This document shows positions 28,606-39,713 of a DNA stretch of 64,000 nucleotides, piece by piece. Under the pieces are notes generated by a model, which searched no databases, was not told where the DNA came from, and saw nothing but the letters and a program-made list of their open reading frames with translations. Source of the DNA: Acidobacteriaceae bacterium (GTDB lineage: Bacteria; Acidobacteriota; Terriglobia; Terriglobales; Acidobacteriaceae). The stretch covers positions 8,545 through 72,544 of the forward strand of contig DATJUD010000172.1 in the NCBI GenBank assembly GCA_035502695.1, written 5' to 3'. Numbering within the stretch: the stretch's first letter is position 1; each line of letters begins with the position of its first letter. The translations under genes were made by a program, and so were the position numbers.

Positions 28606-28718
28606 TCGACAATGAAGCCGCAGCTCCAACGTGAAACGGATGTCAATTCTGCGGTCTTCGGTGACCGCGCGTCAGAACTCTCATCTAATATATGTGCACC
28701 GCCGATTGAGAGGTTCCT

Positions 28719-31151
28719 GTGACCACCGACATCCGCACCGCCCCCGCCCGTCGTTCCGCCACTGCCCCCAACAAGATCGCTTCCCGCAAACCGCTCACTG
28801 CCGAAGAGCTGCACAAGATGGACGCCTATTGGCGCGCCTGCAATTATTTGTGCGTCGGCATGCTTTACCTGCGGAACAATCCATTGCTGCGCGAGCCGCT
28901 GCGCTCGGAGCACATCAAGCAGCGCCTGCTCGGCCACTGGGGATCGGATCCTGGCCAGACATTTGTCTGGGTCCATCTAAATCGCCTGATCAAAAAATAC
29001 GACCTCGACATGATCTACATTTCCGGCCCAGGTCACGGCGCGCCCGCCACTTTATCCAACGCCTATCTTGAGGGAACATATTCTGAGGTCTATCCCGACA
29101 AGAGTGAAGATGAAGAGGGAATGCAGAAATTCTTTAAGGAGTTTTCTTTCCCCGGTGGAATTGGAAGCCACTGTACTCCGGAAACTCCCGGTTCGATCCA
29201 TGAAGGCGGCGAACTTGGCTACAGCATTTCGCACGCGTTTGGAGCGGCATTCGATAACCCAAATCTGATCGCCACAGTGGTTGTCGGCGACGGCGAAGCA
29301 GAAACGGGCCCGCTGGCGACCTCCTGGCATTCCAATAAATTTCTCAATCCCATTCGCGACGGCGCGGTGCTTCCTATCCTGCACCTGAATGGATACAAGA
29401 TCGCCAATCCAACACTCCTGGCGCGCATTACGCCCGAGGAGTTAGACCAGTTGCTGCGCGGCTACGGATGGACACCGCATTTTGTTGAAGGTGACGATCC
29501 ACACATCATGCATCAACAAATGGCGGCGACGCTGGAACATTGCGTTCAGGAAATTCGTTCCATCCAGAAGCATGCCCGCAGCACCAACACTGCCGATCGG
29601 CCTCGGTGGCCCATGGTGGTTCTGCGTAGTCCCAAAGGTTGGACAGGTCCGAAGGAACTGGATGGGCACAAGGTAGAAGGATTTTGGCGCGCCCACCAGA
29701 TTCCAATTCTTGATGTCACGACCAATCCGGCGCACATGCGATTGCTGGAAGACTGGATGAAGAGTTACAAGCCGGAAGAACTGTTCGATGAGTCGGGGGC
29801 ACTGATTCCAGAGTTAAAAGATTTGCCACCCAAAGGTCATCGCCGGATGAGCGCCAATCCCCATGCCAATGGCGGCTTGCTGCGCAAGGCATTGCGGCTG
29901 CCGGATTTTCAAGACTTCGCGTTTATGGTCACCAAGCCGGGGACAAGCGAAGTAGGACCGACCGAAGTGCTGGCACATTTCCTCGCCGAAACCATGCGCC
30001 GGAATATGGACAGCTTTCGCGTCTTCGGTCCGGACGAAACTGCCTCTAACAAATTGCAGGCCATTTATGAAGCCAGCAAGAAAACCTGGCTCGCCAAATA
30101 CTTGCCCGAAGATCAGGACGGCGGCGAGCTATCACTCGACGGCCGCGTCATGGAAATGCTGAGCGAACACACGCTGGAAGGATGGTTCGAGGGCTATGTC
30201 CTGACCGGACGTCACGGCCTATTCGCCAGCTATGAGGCGTTTGTCCACGTCATTGATTCCATGTTCAACCAGCATGCCAAGTGGCTGGAAAAGTGCAAGA
30301 CAGAAGTGAAATGGCGCGCGCCAATCTCTTCCATCAACATCCTGATTACTTCGCTGGTCTGGCGGCAGGATCATAACGGGTTCACTCATCAGGACCCGGG
30401 ATTCCTTGATGTTGTGACCAATAAGAGCGCAGCCATCACGCGCATTTATCTGCCGCCCGATGCCAATTGTCTATTGAGTGTCGGCGACCATTGTTTGCGC
30501 AGCACCAACTACGTCAACGTGATTGTTGCCGACAAGCAGCCCCATCTGCAGTATCTGAATATTGAGGAAGCTGTGCGGCACTGCACCAAGGGCATCGGCA
30601 TCTGGGATTGGGCGAGCAACGATCAGGATGCAGAGCCGGATGTGGTGATGGCCACGGCGGGTGATATTGCAACCATGGAATCGCTCGCCGCGGTGGCGAT
30701 TCTGCGCGAACGCTTTCCAGGATTGAAGATTCGCTTCGTCAACGTGGTCGATTTGTTCAAGCTGGAGCCGGACACAGAACATCCCCACGGGTTATCCGAC
30801 CGCGATTTCGATTCGCTGTTTACTCTGGACAAACCCGTCATCTTCAATTTTCATGGCTACGCGTCGCTGATCCATAAGCTGACATATCGACGTACCAATC
30901 ACGACAACATGCACGTACGCGGATATAAGGAAAAGGGCAACATTAACACGCCTCTGGAACTTGCGATCCTGAACCAGGTGGACAGATTCAACCTGGCTAT
31001 TGATGTGATTGATCGTGTGCCGAAACTGCGCGCAACCGGAGCGCACGTTAAAGAATGGCTGAAAGACCAAATCACCGACGCGATTGATTACGCGCACGAA
31101 AATGGGATCGACCGAAAGGAAATTCGAGAGTGGAAATGGCCCCTGGGATGA
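28719..31151 (+). CDS. xfp: Xylulose-5-phosphate/fructose-6-phosphate phosphoketolase
   Basis: 810 aa with ..[11 protein letters not shown].., ..EGGELGYS.. and ..[11 protein letters not shown].. (ThDP motifs). GTG start preceded by GAGAGG. Confidence 0.95.
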   Translation: MTTDIRTAPARRSATAPNKIASRKPLTAEELHKMDAYWRACNYLCVGMLYLRNNPLLREPLRSEHIKQRLLGHWGSDPGQTFVWVHLNRLIKKYDLDMIYISGPGHGAPATLSNAYLEGTYSEVYPDKSEDEEGMQKFFKEFSFPGGIGSHCTPETPGSIHEGGELGYSISHAFGAAFDNPNLIATVVVGDGEAETGPLATSWHSNKFLNPIRDGAVLPILHLNGYKIANPTLLARITPEELDQLLRGYGWTPHFVEGDDPHIMHQQMAATLEHCVQEIRSIQKHARSTNTADRPRWPMVVLRSPKGWTGPKELDGHKVEGFWRAHQIPILDVTTNPAHMRLLEDWMKSYKPEELFDESGALIPELKDLPPKGHRRMSANPHANGGLLRKALRLPDFQDFAFMVTKPGTSEVGPTEVLAHFLAETMRRNMDSFRVFGPDETASNKLQAIYEASKKTWLAKYLPEDQDGGELSLDGRVMEMLSEHTLEGWFEGYVLTGRHGLFASYEAFVHVIDSMFNQHAKWLEKCKTEVKWRAPISSINILITSLVWRQDHNGFTHQDPGFLDVVTNKSAAITRIYLPPDANCLLSVGDHCLRSTNYVNVIVADKQPHLQYLNIEEAVRHCTKGIGIWDWASNDQDAEPDVVMATAGDIATMESLAAVAILRERFPGLKIRFVNVVDLFKLEPDTEHPHGLSDRDFDSLFTLDKPVIFNFHGYASLIHKLTYRRTNHDNMHVRGYKEKGNINTPLELAILNQVDRFNLAIDVIDRVPKLRATGAHVKEWLKDQITDAIDYAHENGIDRKEIREWKWPLG

Positions 31152-32401
31152 AAATTGACCTGAAACATTTGCCGATCCTAGTTTTGAATGGCGGATCTTC
31201 GTCAATCAAATTTTCCATTTATATTTCCGATGGCAAACAGCTGACGAAGCTGAATGAGGGTGAAGCGGGCGGCATCGGAACACCCAAGCCGCAGTTCAAT
31301 TTTTACGCTTTTCGCGACGGAAAACGCGAGACGCTGGCGTTGGAGTCGGAACCGAAAGATCTTGACTCGATCCGCGATGCCGTGCGAAAGATTGCAGCTC
31401 TGTTGCATCAGCCGGGATTGACTCAGCCTGCCGCCATCGGCCATCGCATCGTCCACACGGGACCGAATCTGCACGCGCATCAACCGATCACTTCGGCAGT
31501 GCTATTGGAAATTGAAAAGGCGACCTGTTTCGCTCCTCTCCATCAGCCGATCGGACTCGAAATTGTTCGCGAGGCGAAGAATAGTTTTCCAGGCGTGGAA
31601 AACTACGCCTGCTTCGATACCATCTTCCTTCAGGATTTGCCGGAGGTCGCATCGATCTATCCGTTGCCGAAAGAAATTCGCGATCAGGGGGTTCATCGCT
31701 ACGGCTTTCACGGTTTGTCGTGCGAATCGATCATGGAACAATTTCGAGAGGGTCGAGTTCCGAATCTGAACCCGCCCAAACAGGTTCCAAAGCGCGTAAT
31801 CTACGCCCATTTGGGCAGCGGCGCTAGCGTCACTGCAATTCGCGATGGAAAAGCTCTCGATCATTGCATGGGTCTTACGCCTACCAGCGGCGTGATCATG
31901 GGCACTCGCCCCGGCGATCTCGATCCCGGCCTGGTCTTCTATCTGATACGTCTGCAAGGTGGCAGCGCGGCCGATGCCACCCACGCCGTTGAGCAATTGC
32001 TGAACAAGCGTTCCGGCATGCTTGCACTCTCCGGCCTATCCAACGACATGCGCCTCCTCCGTGAAGCAGAAAAAAATGGAAACGAGCAAGCCGCGTTGGC
32101 GATTGAAGCCTTCGCATTGTCGGTCAAGAAAATGATCGGCGGTTATGTCACGTTGATGGGGGGTCTGGATGCGTTGGTCTTTTCCGGTGGCATCGGCGAA
32201 CGCGATCCGATGACGCGGACTCAAGTCTGCACATGCATGGATGTTTTCGGACTGACGCTCGATCCCGCCGCGAATGATCCGACTCACGCCGGACCGAAGA
32301 TCATCAGCGCGCCGGACTCGAAGATCGTTGTTTATGTCTTGCCGGCGGACGAAGATCGCATCATTGCTGAGCACGTGGCGCGGCTCGCTGCGGAAGATTA
32401 A
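31148..32401 (+). CDS. ackA: Acetate kinase
   Basis: ..[14 protein letters not shown].., ..GHRIVHGG-like (HRIVHTG).., ..HRYGFHGLS... The ATG at 31148 overlaps the xfp stop (ATGA). Confidence 0.9.
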   Translation: MKIDLKHLPILVLNGGSSSIKFSIYISDGKQLTKLNEGEAGGIGTPKPQFNFYAFRDGKRETLALESEPKDLDSIRDAVRKIAALLHQPGLTQPAAIGHRIVHTGPNLHAHQPITSAVLLEIEKATCFAPLHQPIGLEIVREAKNSFPGVENYACFDTIFLQDLPEVASIYPLPKEIRDQGVHRYGFHGLSCESIMEQFREGRVPNLNPPKQVPKRVIYAHLGSGASVTAIRDGKALDHCMGLTPTSGVIMGTRPGDLDPGLVFYLIRLQGGSAADATHAVEQLLNKRSGMLALSGLSNDMRLLREAEKNGNEQAALAIEAFALSVKKMIGGYVTLMGGLDALVFSGGIGERDPMTRTQVCTCMDVFGLTLDPAANDPTHAGPKIISAPDSKIVVYVLPADEDRIIAEHVARLAAED

Positions 32402-32413
32402 TCCGCGGCAAGC

Positions 32414-34150
32414 CTATTTCAACGCGGTCCACAGGCTGGGATCGACGTGGGGAAACACGCTGTCCTGCACTTCGATCTTGTGCAGCGCAGCTTCCTCGTC
32501 GGCGCTGAGCGTACCGCCACCGGAATGCACCTGCCACATCTTCTCAATCGTGCGGAAGGACGCCAAGTGTTCATTGAAGCGGTCTTCCGCGTAGTCTCGC
32601 GCCGCTTCTGTCGTAATCAAAAACTGCCAGTCGGAAGACTCCAGCAGTAACAATTCGCGGCACAACTGCTTTAGGATGCGTTCTCCCACCGGATTATTTT
32701 TCCAGTGATCCGACGTTGCAGCAGCGCGCACTGCGACCTCTGCCGGATACAAATATTCCCACGTCCAGCGAGTATCCGGGCTGAGCCAGACTTCATGCGT
32801 GCCGTTCTTTCCCCACGAACCTTCGGGCAGCGCAAGAAAACTGTCCGGCGGATGGCGATCAAGATACGCGGAGCAACTGGTCAGCGCGACCGGAACTTCT
32901 TCCCGCGCCATAATGCGCGCTACTTGTTCCAGCCACATTGTTCCTTCAAACCACCAGTGACCAAAAAGCTCGGCGTCAAATGGAGATGTCAGGATGGCGG
33001 GCACGGGATCTTTAAATCCAGACCGCAGCGAGTCTACCACCAGGCTGACATAATGTTCCGCATGCGACTTGGTTCTGGCTGCTGCTTTCTCCGGAAAATA
33101 CGGGGTCTTGAACGCCATGTCGATCTTCGAGCCCGTCACTTGCCAGTAGCGATGACCGCCGGGAAAGCGCTTCTTATGGAAGTCGAGATAATTGCCATCT
33201 CCAGGGTACCCGGCATCTCCACTCCAAACCTGCAGGCCCGTGCGAGGATCGCGCGGAAAAATCGTGACCGGTCTGCGGTGAGCGCGAGGGCCCTCCACAT
33301 AGTACGGCTTGTACAGAGAATGCTGCGGTTCGCAGGTCTCAACTTCCAGAGATGCGGCGACTCCCACCGGTCCACCAGCCCGCAATTCATACGGGGTAAA
33401 CAGTACCGATTCTTCCACCAGGTGGGTATCGACAAAGAAGTAGTCGATTTTCGCATCTTCCAGCGGCTCTTCCACGCCTCTGCGATCAAACGGATGCCAG
33501 GGCTCGCTGCTGCCGTGCGGCACAACCGGATAACTCCACATCCCCGCAGGTCGATATGCGCATTCCGGTAGCCAAATTCCTCGCGGGTGCATGCCAATAT
33601 GTCGTTCATGGGTAGCGACGCCCGTCTGCACCTGTGCCCGGATCGACTCATCAGTCCCCAGCAGCGGAAAATAGCCATGGGTTGCACCGCAAGTGATAAT
33701 GTCGATCAATCCGCGGTCGGCAGCCTCGCGAAATCCGCGGATGATATCGCCATTGAGAGCGTTAAAATCATCCAGCGCCTGCTGGAAGTACGCACGCCAA
33801 TATCGCGCCGTCTCAGCCAGCTGCGGTTCGCCATTCTGGCCGAAGTAGGCCTCATCTTCACGGGCGGCCGTAATCTTGCGCTCCAGATACTGGGGAAATT
33901 CCTTGCGGAACACCGGGTGAGCCAGCTGTTCCAGCAAAATGGGAGAGAGATTCAAGTTGGCGCGCAAGGCAATTCCGTCTCGCTCCAGGTTGGCAATCAC
34001 GCGCAACAGCGGCAAATAGGTCTCGGCAGCGGCCTCCAGCAACCATTCCAAACCATGCGGCCAAGTTCCATGGTTCACCACATACGGCAAATGCGCGTGC
34101 AAAGTGAACGTCAAGTACGCAGAAGGATGTTCGTGAGGCGAGTCGATCAT
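32414..34150 (-). CDS. GH57-family 1,4-alpha-glucan branching enzyme-like protein
   Basis: N-terminus ..YLTFTLHAHLPYV..HG.WPHGLEWL.. and the overall length are typical of GH57/DUF1957 branching enzymes. Confidence 0.8.
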   Translation of the reverse strand: MIDSPHEHPSAYLTFTLHAHLPYVVNHGTWPHGLEWLLEAAAETYLPLLRVIANLERDGIALRANLNLSPILLEQLAHPVFRKEFPQYLERKITAAREDEAYFGQNGEPQLAETARYWRAYFQQALDDFNALNGDIIRGFREAADRGLIDIITCGATHGYFPLLGTDESIRAQVQTGVATHERHIGMHPRGIWLPECAYRPAGMWSYPVVPHGSSEPWHPFDRRGVEEPLEDAKIDYFFVDTHLVEESVLFTPYELRAGGPVGVAASLEVETCEPQHSLYKPYYVEGPRAHRRPVTIFPRDPRTGLQVWSGDAGYPGDGNYLDFHKKRFPGGHRYWQVTGSKIDMAFKTPYFPEKAAARTKSHAEHYVSLVVDSLRSGFKDPVPAILTSPFDAELFGHWWFEGTMWLEQVARIMAREEVPVALTSCSAYLDRHPPDSFLALPEGSWGKNGTHEVWLSPDTRWTWEYLYPAEVAVRAAATSDHWKNNPVGERILKQLCRELLLLESSDWQFLITTEAARDYAEDRFNEHLASFRTIEKMWQVHSGGGTLSADEEAALHKIEVQDSVFPHVDPSLWTALK

Positions 34151-34534
34151 GAATTCCCCTTTAACGTTACGTTAGATGCAGTTGGGGAAGAACGAGAATC
34201 AGGCGCCCTCGCCGTCTGGGCGAGGACTCGGACAAAGGCTACCCTGGTCGCGAGACCATGCAGGTTCTTGCCTTTACTATAATCTTCCTGGCATGAAAAT
34301 CCGGTAAGGATTTGCCCGCGAGGCGCGGCTTCGGCGCAGACTTTAACCCGAGTCATCGCCGTGAGCCTGGGTCATTGGGCCACCAGTCAGGGGCAGAAAT
34401 CACCGCTTTTTGGCCGCACCGTGACCTAATTTCAGGGCAAATGGGGAACCCAACTGCACATTGCCGGGCCAATATCCATTTGCTACTATCCAGATGATCG
34501 CGTAATTCCTCCACTACGCGAAGGAGATAAGCAA

Positions 34535-34906
34535 ATGCCAGAACAGGAAACGACAGGAATTGGTTGGTTTATCGCAGGCCTTGGCTTAGGTGCGTTGCTC
34601 GGTATTTTGTTTGCCCCCAAGGCAGGCAAAGAACTTCGTGAAGGCTTGATGACTAGCGCGAAGGATAAAAAGGATTATGTAACCGCCCGCAGCCGAGAGG
34701 CGCGTGAGCAAATCAATTCCGTGGTCGACAGAGGCCGTGAGCAGGTGAACGAGTTTGCTGAGCGTGGCAAGGAAGCCGCCGAGAAGGGCCGCGAACGCTG
34801 GAGCGGCATTGTGGACCGTGTTGCCGGCAGCCGCTCTGAGGCTGAACACCACGTGAACGATGAAGAAGAGCCGTTTCATGGCGGTGCAGCCGAAAATCGC
34901 TTTTAA
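34535..34906 (+). CDS. YtxH-domain (general-stress-like) protein
   Basis: ..GWFIAGLGLGALLGILFAPKAGKELRE.. followed by a charged helical region. AAGGAGA SD. Confidence 0.8.
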   Translation: MPEQETTGIGWFIAGLGLGALLGILFAPKAGKELREGLMTSAKDKKDYVTARSREAREQINSVVDRGREQVNEFAERGKEAAEKGRERWSGIVDRVAGSRSEAEHHVNDEEEPFHGGAAENRF

Positions 34907-34926
34907 TGCATCTCAAAGGCAGGTGC

Positions 34927-34972
34927 GCCTTGCGGTTCCTGCTGCCGTTGGTATAGTTGTGCCTTGCGGTTC
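34927..34972 (+). repeat. 12-nt direct repeat GCCTTGCGGTTC (x2, 34 nt apart) in an intergenic region
   Basis: Copies at 34927-34938 and 34961-34972, both preceded by GTGC. Confidence 0.6.
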
Positions 34973-35083
34973 TACACTTGTGCTCAGGCCACTGACTTCG
35001 GCTCCCTTTCAGCGGATTTCGCCCGATGGGGCCACGGTCGGGTCAAGCGTCTGCTAGCGCAAATTTCGTAATGAGGGGGCTTC

Positions 35084-35605
35084 ATGCCAACCGGATCGAC
35101 GGTTTTCCTTGTATTTACTGGGGTAGTTACGTTTGCCGTTGTTTTGCAGACGATTGTCTTGGTAGTGTTTGCCGTCGCTGCCAAGGCGGCTCAAGCCAAA
35201 ATCATGGAGCAGGCAGATCGGCTGCAAGCCGAAGTGCACACCATCGTTGAGTCCAGCGCGGACATCATGGAGACGCTCGACGACTTAACTCCGCGCATGC
35301 GCGCCATTACCGAGAACGTTCAAAAGGCAACGGAGACGCTGCGCAATCAAGTGAACCATATTGACGGCGTGGTGACAGACGTAACCGGAAAAACACGCTT
35401 CCAGGTGTCTCGTATTGATAACATGGTCACGGACACGCTGGATGGTATCGCTCGCGGAACCCGCACCATTCAGGACAATATCATGGCGCCGCTGCGGCAG
35501 ATTGGCGGATGGATGAACACTATCCGCGCGACTTTGGATCTGCTGCGTGGTGGTGGTGACCGCCGCGGCGATCGTAGAACCCGCCGCTACGACGAAGACT
35601 ACTAG
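35084..35605 (+). CDS. Membrane-anchored coiled-coil protein, DUF948-like
   Basis: One N-terminal TM helix, a heptad-like helical body, and an Arg/Asp-rich tail. Pairing with YtxH resembles ytxG/ytxH-type stress gene pairs. Confidence 0.6.
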   Translation: MPTGSTVFLVFTGVVTFAVVLQTIVLVVFAVAAKAAQAKIMEQADRLQAEVHTIVESSADIMETLDDLTPRMRAITENVQKATETLRNQVNHIDGVVTDVTGKTRFQVSRIDNMVTDTLDGIARGTRTIQDNIMAPLRQIGGWMNTIRATLDLLRGGGDRRGDRRTRRYDEDY

Positions 35606-35759
35606 CCGTTGGGAATTGTTAACGCTGAGGCTGGACTCGCACCTCAGCACTGGGGTAGGCCCTGCTTTTAGTCCCTGGACGATAAACTGCTGGGAAACGC
35701 CTTGAAGCGCTGAGGTCCGAGAGTCTGCAACTTTTCCGGTACTTCTTTGCTTGCCGCGC

Positions 35760-36689
35760 CTACTTCAGCAAATTCTTGGCGATGAACAGAACATTGGCCG
35801 GACGTTCTGCCAGCCTGCGCATAAAGTATGGATACCAATCCGTGCCGAACGGAATATAGACGCGCATGCCGTAGCCTTCCTTCGCCAAAGAAGTTTGCAG
35901 GTCGCGGCGTACCCCGTACAGCATTTGAAACTCGAAGCTGCGTTTGTCGATCCCTTCTTCTTCCACAAACTTCTTGGTTGCACGGATGATCGCTTCATCG
36001 TGCGTTGCCAGTCCGTGAAAGACGCCGCTGGTCAGCAAAATTTTCGTCAGTTTCAGATAGTTGGCATCCACATCGGCTTTATCGGGGAATGCCACCGTCG
36101 GCGGTTCTTTATATGCGCCTTTGCACAGCCGAATGCGAATGCGATCGGCCAGCAGCAGGTTTACGTCTTCCTCACATCGATAGAGATACGACTGCAGCAC
36201 CGTTCCGATGCGACCCGTATGATTGGGCATGGCATGAATCTCGCGGGTTATGTCGATGGTCGCCTGCGTCAGATCGCTGCCTTCCATGTCGACGCGCAGA
36301 AAATTGTCGGTCGCGGCTGCGTGGTCGACCAGCTCGCTGGTAATCTGCCGCGCGATGGCTGGGCTGATGTTCATGCCCATCTGGGTCAACTTCGCGCTGA
36401 CATTGGCGTGCAATCCTCGCTGCTTAATGGCATCCAGCAGTTGGTGATAGATTTCGGCGGCGCGGCGCGCCTCTTTCTCGGTGGAGACGTTTTCTCCCAG
36501 GCTGTCGAGCGAAACCGGAATGCCCTCGCGGTTCAGCGTCTCGGCGACACGCAGGGCATCCGAAACATGCATGCCCGCGATAAATCGTCCAGACATTTTT
36601 TGGCCCATGCGGGACTGCTCGGCAAACGAGCGCAACGATTTGTTCTGCGACAGCGCAATTAACGCAGAGCGAAGCAGGTTCATACTCAT
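35760..36689 (-). CDS. Proline dehydrogenase (monofunctional PRODH)
   Basis: 309 aa, ..RFIAG...A......N..G....LD.LGE.. with C-terminal ..RVYIPFG..WYPYFMRRLAERPAN.. typical of PRODH. Confidence 0.85.
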   Translation of the reverse strand: MSMNLLRSALIALSQNKSLRSFAEQSRMGQKMSGRFIAGMHVSDALRVAETLNREGIPVSLDSLGENVSTEKEARRAAEIYHQLLDAIKQRGLHANVSAKLTQMGMNISPAIARQITSELVDHAAATDNFLRVDMEGSDLTQATIDITREIHAMPNHTGRIGTVLQSYLYRCEEDVNLLLADRIRIRLCKGAYKEPPTVAFPDKADVDANYLKLTKILLTSGVFHGLATHDEAIIRATKKFVEEEGIDKRSFEFQMLYGVRRDLQTSLAKEGYGMRVYIPFGTDWYPYFMRRLAERPANVLFIAKNLLK

Positions 36690-36794
36690 AGGAAAGGGGC
36701 CTCGACCAAACCTTCTATTGTGTCATAACGTCAAACAGCGCGAAGTGACGGCCGACCTAAATCGACAGAAACTCAAGTTATCGAGGAAATTTCA

Positions 36795-37331
36795 ATGAAA
36801 TGGATGTGCAGTTTCTTTATCTGCCTTGTTGTAACGCCATTCGCCATTGCGCAAAATGCACCCACAGTGAAACAAGCCGAATCCGCGTGCGGTTCATTCG
36901 ACGTGAAATTCGATGTGAAGACGAATGCCAAACAGCATCCGCTAGCGCAAGCAGAAGCCGGGAAAGCGCAGATATACGTCATCGAGGACTGGGATTGGGC
37001 GGATACAGGCAGAATCAACAGGCCTACGGTGCGGGTGGCAATGGATGGAAAATGGGTCGGTGCGGACCAGGGCGATTCCTACATATTTTTTCCCGCCGAT
37101 GCGGGCCGGCGCCACCTATGTGTCAGCTGGCAGGCAGGGATGGGAAGCTCCAACAACTTGATCGCAGTGTACGGATTCGATGCGAAGCCAAATCAAACCT
37201 ATTATTTCCGTGCAAGTATACCGCGAGGACAGGGCATCTCATTCTCGCTGAATCTTGAGCCGCTGAATATTGACGAAGCGCAACTCCTGCTGGCCAGATA
37301 TCCACAGGCAAGTTCAACCATTAAAAGGTAA
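36795..37331 (+). CDS. Secreted hypothetical protein (DUF2846-like)
   Basis: Signal peptide (..TPFAIAQ). No catalytic motif recognised. Confidence 0.55.
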   Translation: MKWMCSFFICLVVTPFAIAQNAPTVKQAESACGSFDVKFDVKTNAKQHPLAQAEAGKAQIYVIEDWDWADTGRINRPTVRVAMDGKWVGADQGDSYIFFPADAGRRHLCVSWQAGMGSSNNLIAVYGFDAKPNQTYYFRASIPRGQGISFSLNLEPLNIDEAQLLLARYPQASSTIKR

Positions 37332-37346
37332 CGCAATTGCCAACGG

Positions 37347-38480
37347 TCATCGGTTTTCGATGGCCACGTATTTGTTCGGATAGGCTGGCCCGGTATATTC
37401 GGCGCGCGGGCGAATCAGTCGGTTGTCCTCGAACTGCTCGATCACGTGCGCTGACCATCCGGCGATGCGGCTCACCGCAAAGATCGGCGTGAACAAGTCG
37501 ACGTCAATACCCAGCGTGGTGTAGGTCGACGCGGAATAGAAATCCACGTTGGCGTTCAGTTTCTTCTCTTCCTTCACGAAGAGTTCAATCTTGCGCGACA
37601 TGTCGAACCATTTTGGATTGCCGTCGGCACGTCCCAGATCCTGCGACATGCGGCGTAAATGCGTCGCTCTTGGATCTTCGGTGCGATATACGCGATGCCC
37701 GAAGCCGGGTACTTTCTTTTTGTCGGCCAGCATCTGCCGTACATATTCCACTGGATCGGCACCCGCTTGATCGATGGCGAACAGGATGCGCATCACCGCT
37801 TCATTCGCGCCACCGTGCAGTGATCCCTTCAGTGCTCCGATGGCTCCGGTGATCGCCGAATGCATGTCAGACAACGTGGCGACGATGACGCGAGCAGCGA
37901 AGGTGGAGGCGTTAAATTCATGGTCGGCGTGCAGAATCAGGGCAACATCCAATGCGCGTTCGGCCGTTGCGGAAGGCTTTACCCCGTTCAACATCCATAA
38001 AAAATTACCGGAATGGCTGAGCGACGGATCGGGCGCGACGATCGACTTGCCCTTGCGCACGCGGTCAAAAACCGCGACGATCATAGGAATTTGAGCGGTC
38101 AGACGAAAAGCTTTGCGCACATTCGCTTCGTGCGACATTCCTTCCTGGTCGGGATCGTACATGCTTAACGCCGAAACTGCGGTGCGAAGTGCCGCCATCG
38201 GCAATGCATCCTTCGGCAATTCTTCCAGCAACCGCACCACTTCAGGTGGTAGTGCACGTGCGGCGGTCAGTTGTTGATTGAAGTCAGCAAGTTCCGACTT
38301 GGTAGGCAGACGGCCAAACCACAATAGATACGCCGTTTCAGGAAAGGTCGACTTTTCCGCCAGTTCATGAATATCAATGCCGCGGTAGGCCAAAACGCCC
38401 GCGTCTCCGTCGATCAGACAAATTCCTGAGTCGGAAGCAACAATGTCTTCCAACCCGCGTGCCGCGGCAGTCATAGCCAT
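37347..38480 (-). CDS. Citrate synthase (small, about 377 aa type; could be 2-methylcitrate synthase)
   Basis: ..ILHADHEFNASTF.., ..GPLHGGANE-like (GSLHGGANE).., ..GFGHRVY.. catalytic His/Asp context. Confidence 0.9.
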   Translation of the reverse strand: MAMTAAARGLEDIVASDSGICLIDGDAGVLAYRGIDIHELAEKSTFPETAYLLWFGRLPTKSELADFNQQLTAARALPPEVVRLLEELPKDALPMAALRTAVSALSMYDPDQEGMSHEANVRKAFRLTAQIPMIVAVFDRVRKGKSIVAPDPSLSHSGNFLWMLNGVKPSATAERALDVALILHADHEFNASTFAARVIVATLSDMHSAITGAIGALKGSLHGGANEAVMRILFAIDQAGADPVEYVRQMLADKKKVPGFGHRVYRTEDPRATHLRRMSQDLGRADGNPKWFDMSRKIELFVKEEKKLNANVDFYSASTYTTLGIDVDLFTPIFAVSRIAGWSAHVIEQFEDNRLIRPRAEYTGPAYPNKYVAIENR

Positions 38481-38812
38481 GTTCGTGTTCTCCAGACAAA
38501 TTTTTCTGTGTGCAGAATCCGGTGCCAGTCCGCCCTACACTCCTACCCTCGATACTACAATGCAAGCCAGCGGTTCGTCATGCTAGACAGCGTCTCATGT
38601 ACCCTTTCGCAGGTTACTTCAGGCTTCGACTCCCACGGCTCGTATGAATCGCCGCAGTTGTGGCCCTGGCGCGGCTACTCCTCATACCTTCATCATTTGT
38701 GCGACCCTTGTTTTTGTGAAAATCTAGTGTGTGCCGTTCGACCGCACCCGAAGTGTCCTGAATCACTTGTTCCGCTGCATCCGCATCGCACGATGCGAGG
38801 AGTTCTTTCGAA

Positions 38813-39646
38813 ATGCCTGAAGACGACGACTTATACGGGGAGCAGAGAAATTCCCCCGGCCTGTTGATTTTGATCGCTGGGCTCTCCTTCCTATTGGCAA
38901 TCGGCGCGCTCGCGTGGAGTTATTTTCTGCAGGGGCGTCTTGACGCCACCGAAGCAAAATTGACCCAGGCCCAGGAGCACATCGATCGTCTGTCCGCGCA
39001 GGATGCGGAAATATGGCGTCAAATGCGGGCGACCAACGACGAGTTTGGGGCCAAGCTCGGCATTACCCAACAGCAGATTGAGCTGCGGGCGCAAAACATC
39101 CTGCATCAACAGCAGGTGGCGAATGCGCGCATGGCCAGACAGCAGGCAGCAACCCAGCAAAAGGTGACAGACGTCTCGCATGCCGTTTCCAACGTGCAGA
39201 CAGATGTGGGCGGCGTCAAAAAAGATGTCGTCAGCACGCAGAAGGAACTGGCCAGCACTGAGCAGCAGCTCCATGCTGTTGTCGGCGATTTAGGCGTGCA
39301 GAGCGGCCTGATCGCAACCAATTCGCAGCAGCTTGATTACCTGAAGCACCTGGGGGATCGCGAATATTTTCAATTCACCCTGCGCAAGGGGCAGCCGGCA
39401 TCTTCCATTTCGATCGTGAAGTTGCAGTTGAAGAAAGCCGACGTCAAGCATTCGCGCTACACGCTCGTCATTTATTCCGACGATAAGAAGATCGAAAAGA
39501 AGAATCGCGATCTCGACGAGCCGCTGCAGTTCTACACCGGCAAAAACCCGATGTTATTTGAAGTGGTGGTTAATCAAATCGGCAAGAATCAAGTTTCTGG
39601 ATATTTGGCAACGCCAAAGAATGCACCCAAGCCGTTTGTTCCGTAG
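38813..39646 (+). CDS. Hypothetical single-pass membrane protein with long coiled coil
   Basis: One TM helix (LLILIAGLSFLLAIGALAW), a Q-rich coiled coil, and a beta-rich C-terminal domain. No family recognised. Confidence 0.6.
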   Translation: MPEDDDLYGEQRNSPGLLILIAGLSFLLAIGALAWSYFLQGRLDATEAKLTQAQEHIDRLSAQDAEIWRQMRATNDEFGAKLGITQQQIELRAQNILHQQQVANARMARQQAATQQKVTDVSHAVSNVQTDVGGVKKDVVSTQKELASTEQQLHAVVGDLGVQSGLIATNSQQLDYLKHLGDREYFQFTLRKGQPASSISIVKLQLKKADVKHSRYTLVIYSDDKKIEKKNRDLDEPLQFYTGKNPMLFEVVVNQIGKNQVSGYLATPKNAPKPFVP

Positions 39647-39713
39647 TTAGGAATCAGATTCGCACAGACGCTCTGTGATCTTCTGCATCACGCGTGTTCG
39701 CGATGAATGCGAC

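Noticed and set aside
28612-28722. Possible cydX/cydS-type small subunit after cydB
   Set aside because: The only ORF here ([36 protein letters not shown]) is hydrophilic with no TM helix, unlike CydX-type peptides.
34340-34460. c-di-AMP (ydaO-type) riboswitch resemblance (AACCCGAG, GGGGAACCCA)
   Set aside because: The similar segments occur in the wrong order relative to the ydaO consensus as I remember it. Support is insufficient.
35751-36662. 303-aa ORF antisense to proline dehydrogenase
   Set aside because: It is a shadow ORF. The minus-strand product is a full-length, motif-bearing PRODH.
39680-39705. CTGTGATCTTCTGCATCACG as a fourth CRP-type site
   Set aside because: The half-site spacing is 9 nt rather than 6. 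It lies between two convergent gene ends, not in a promoter.
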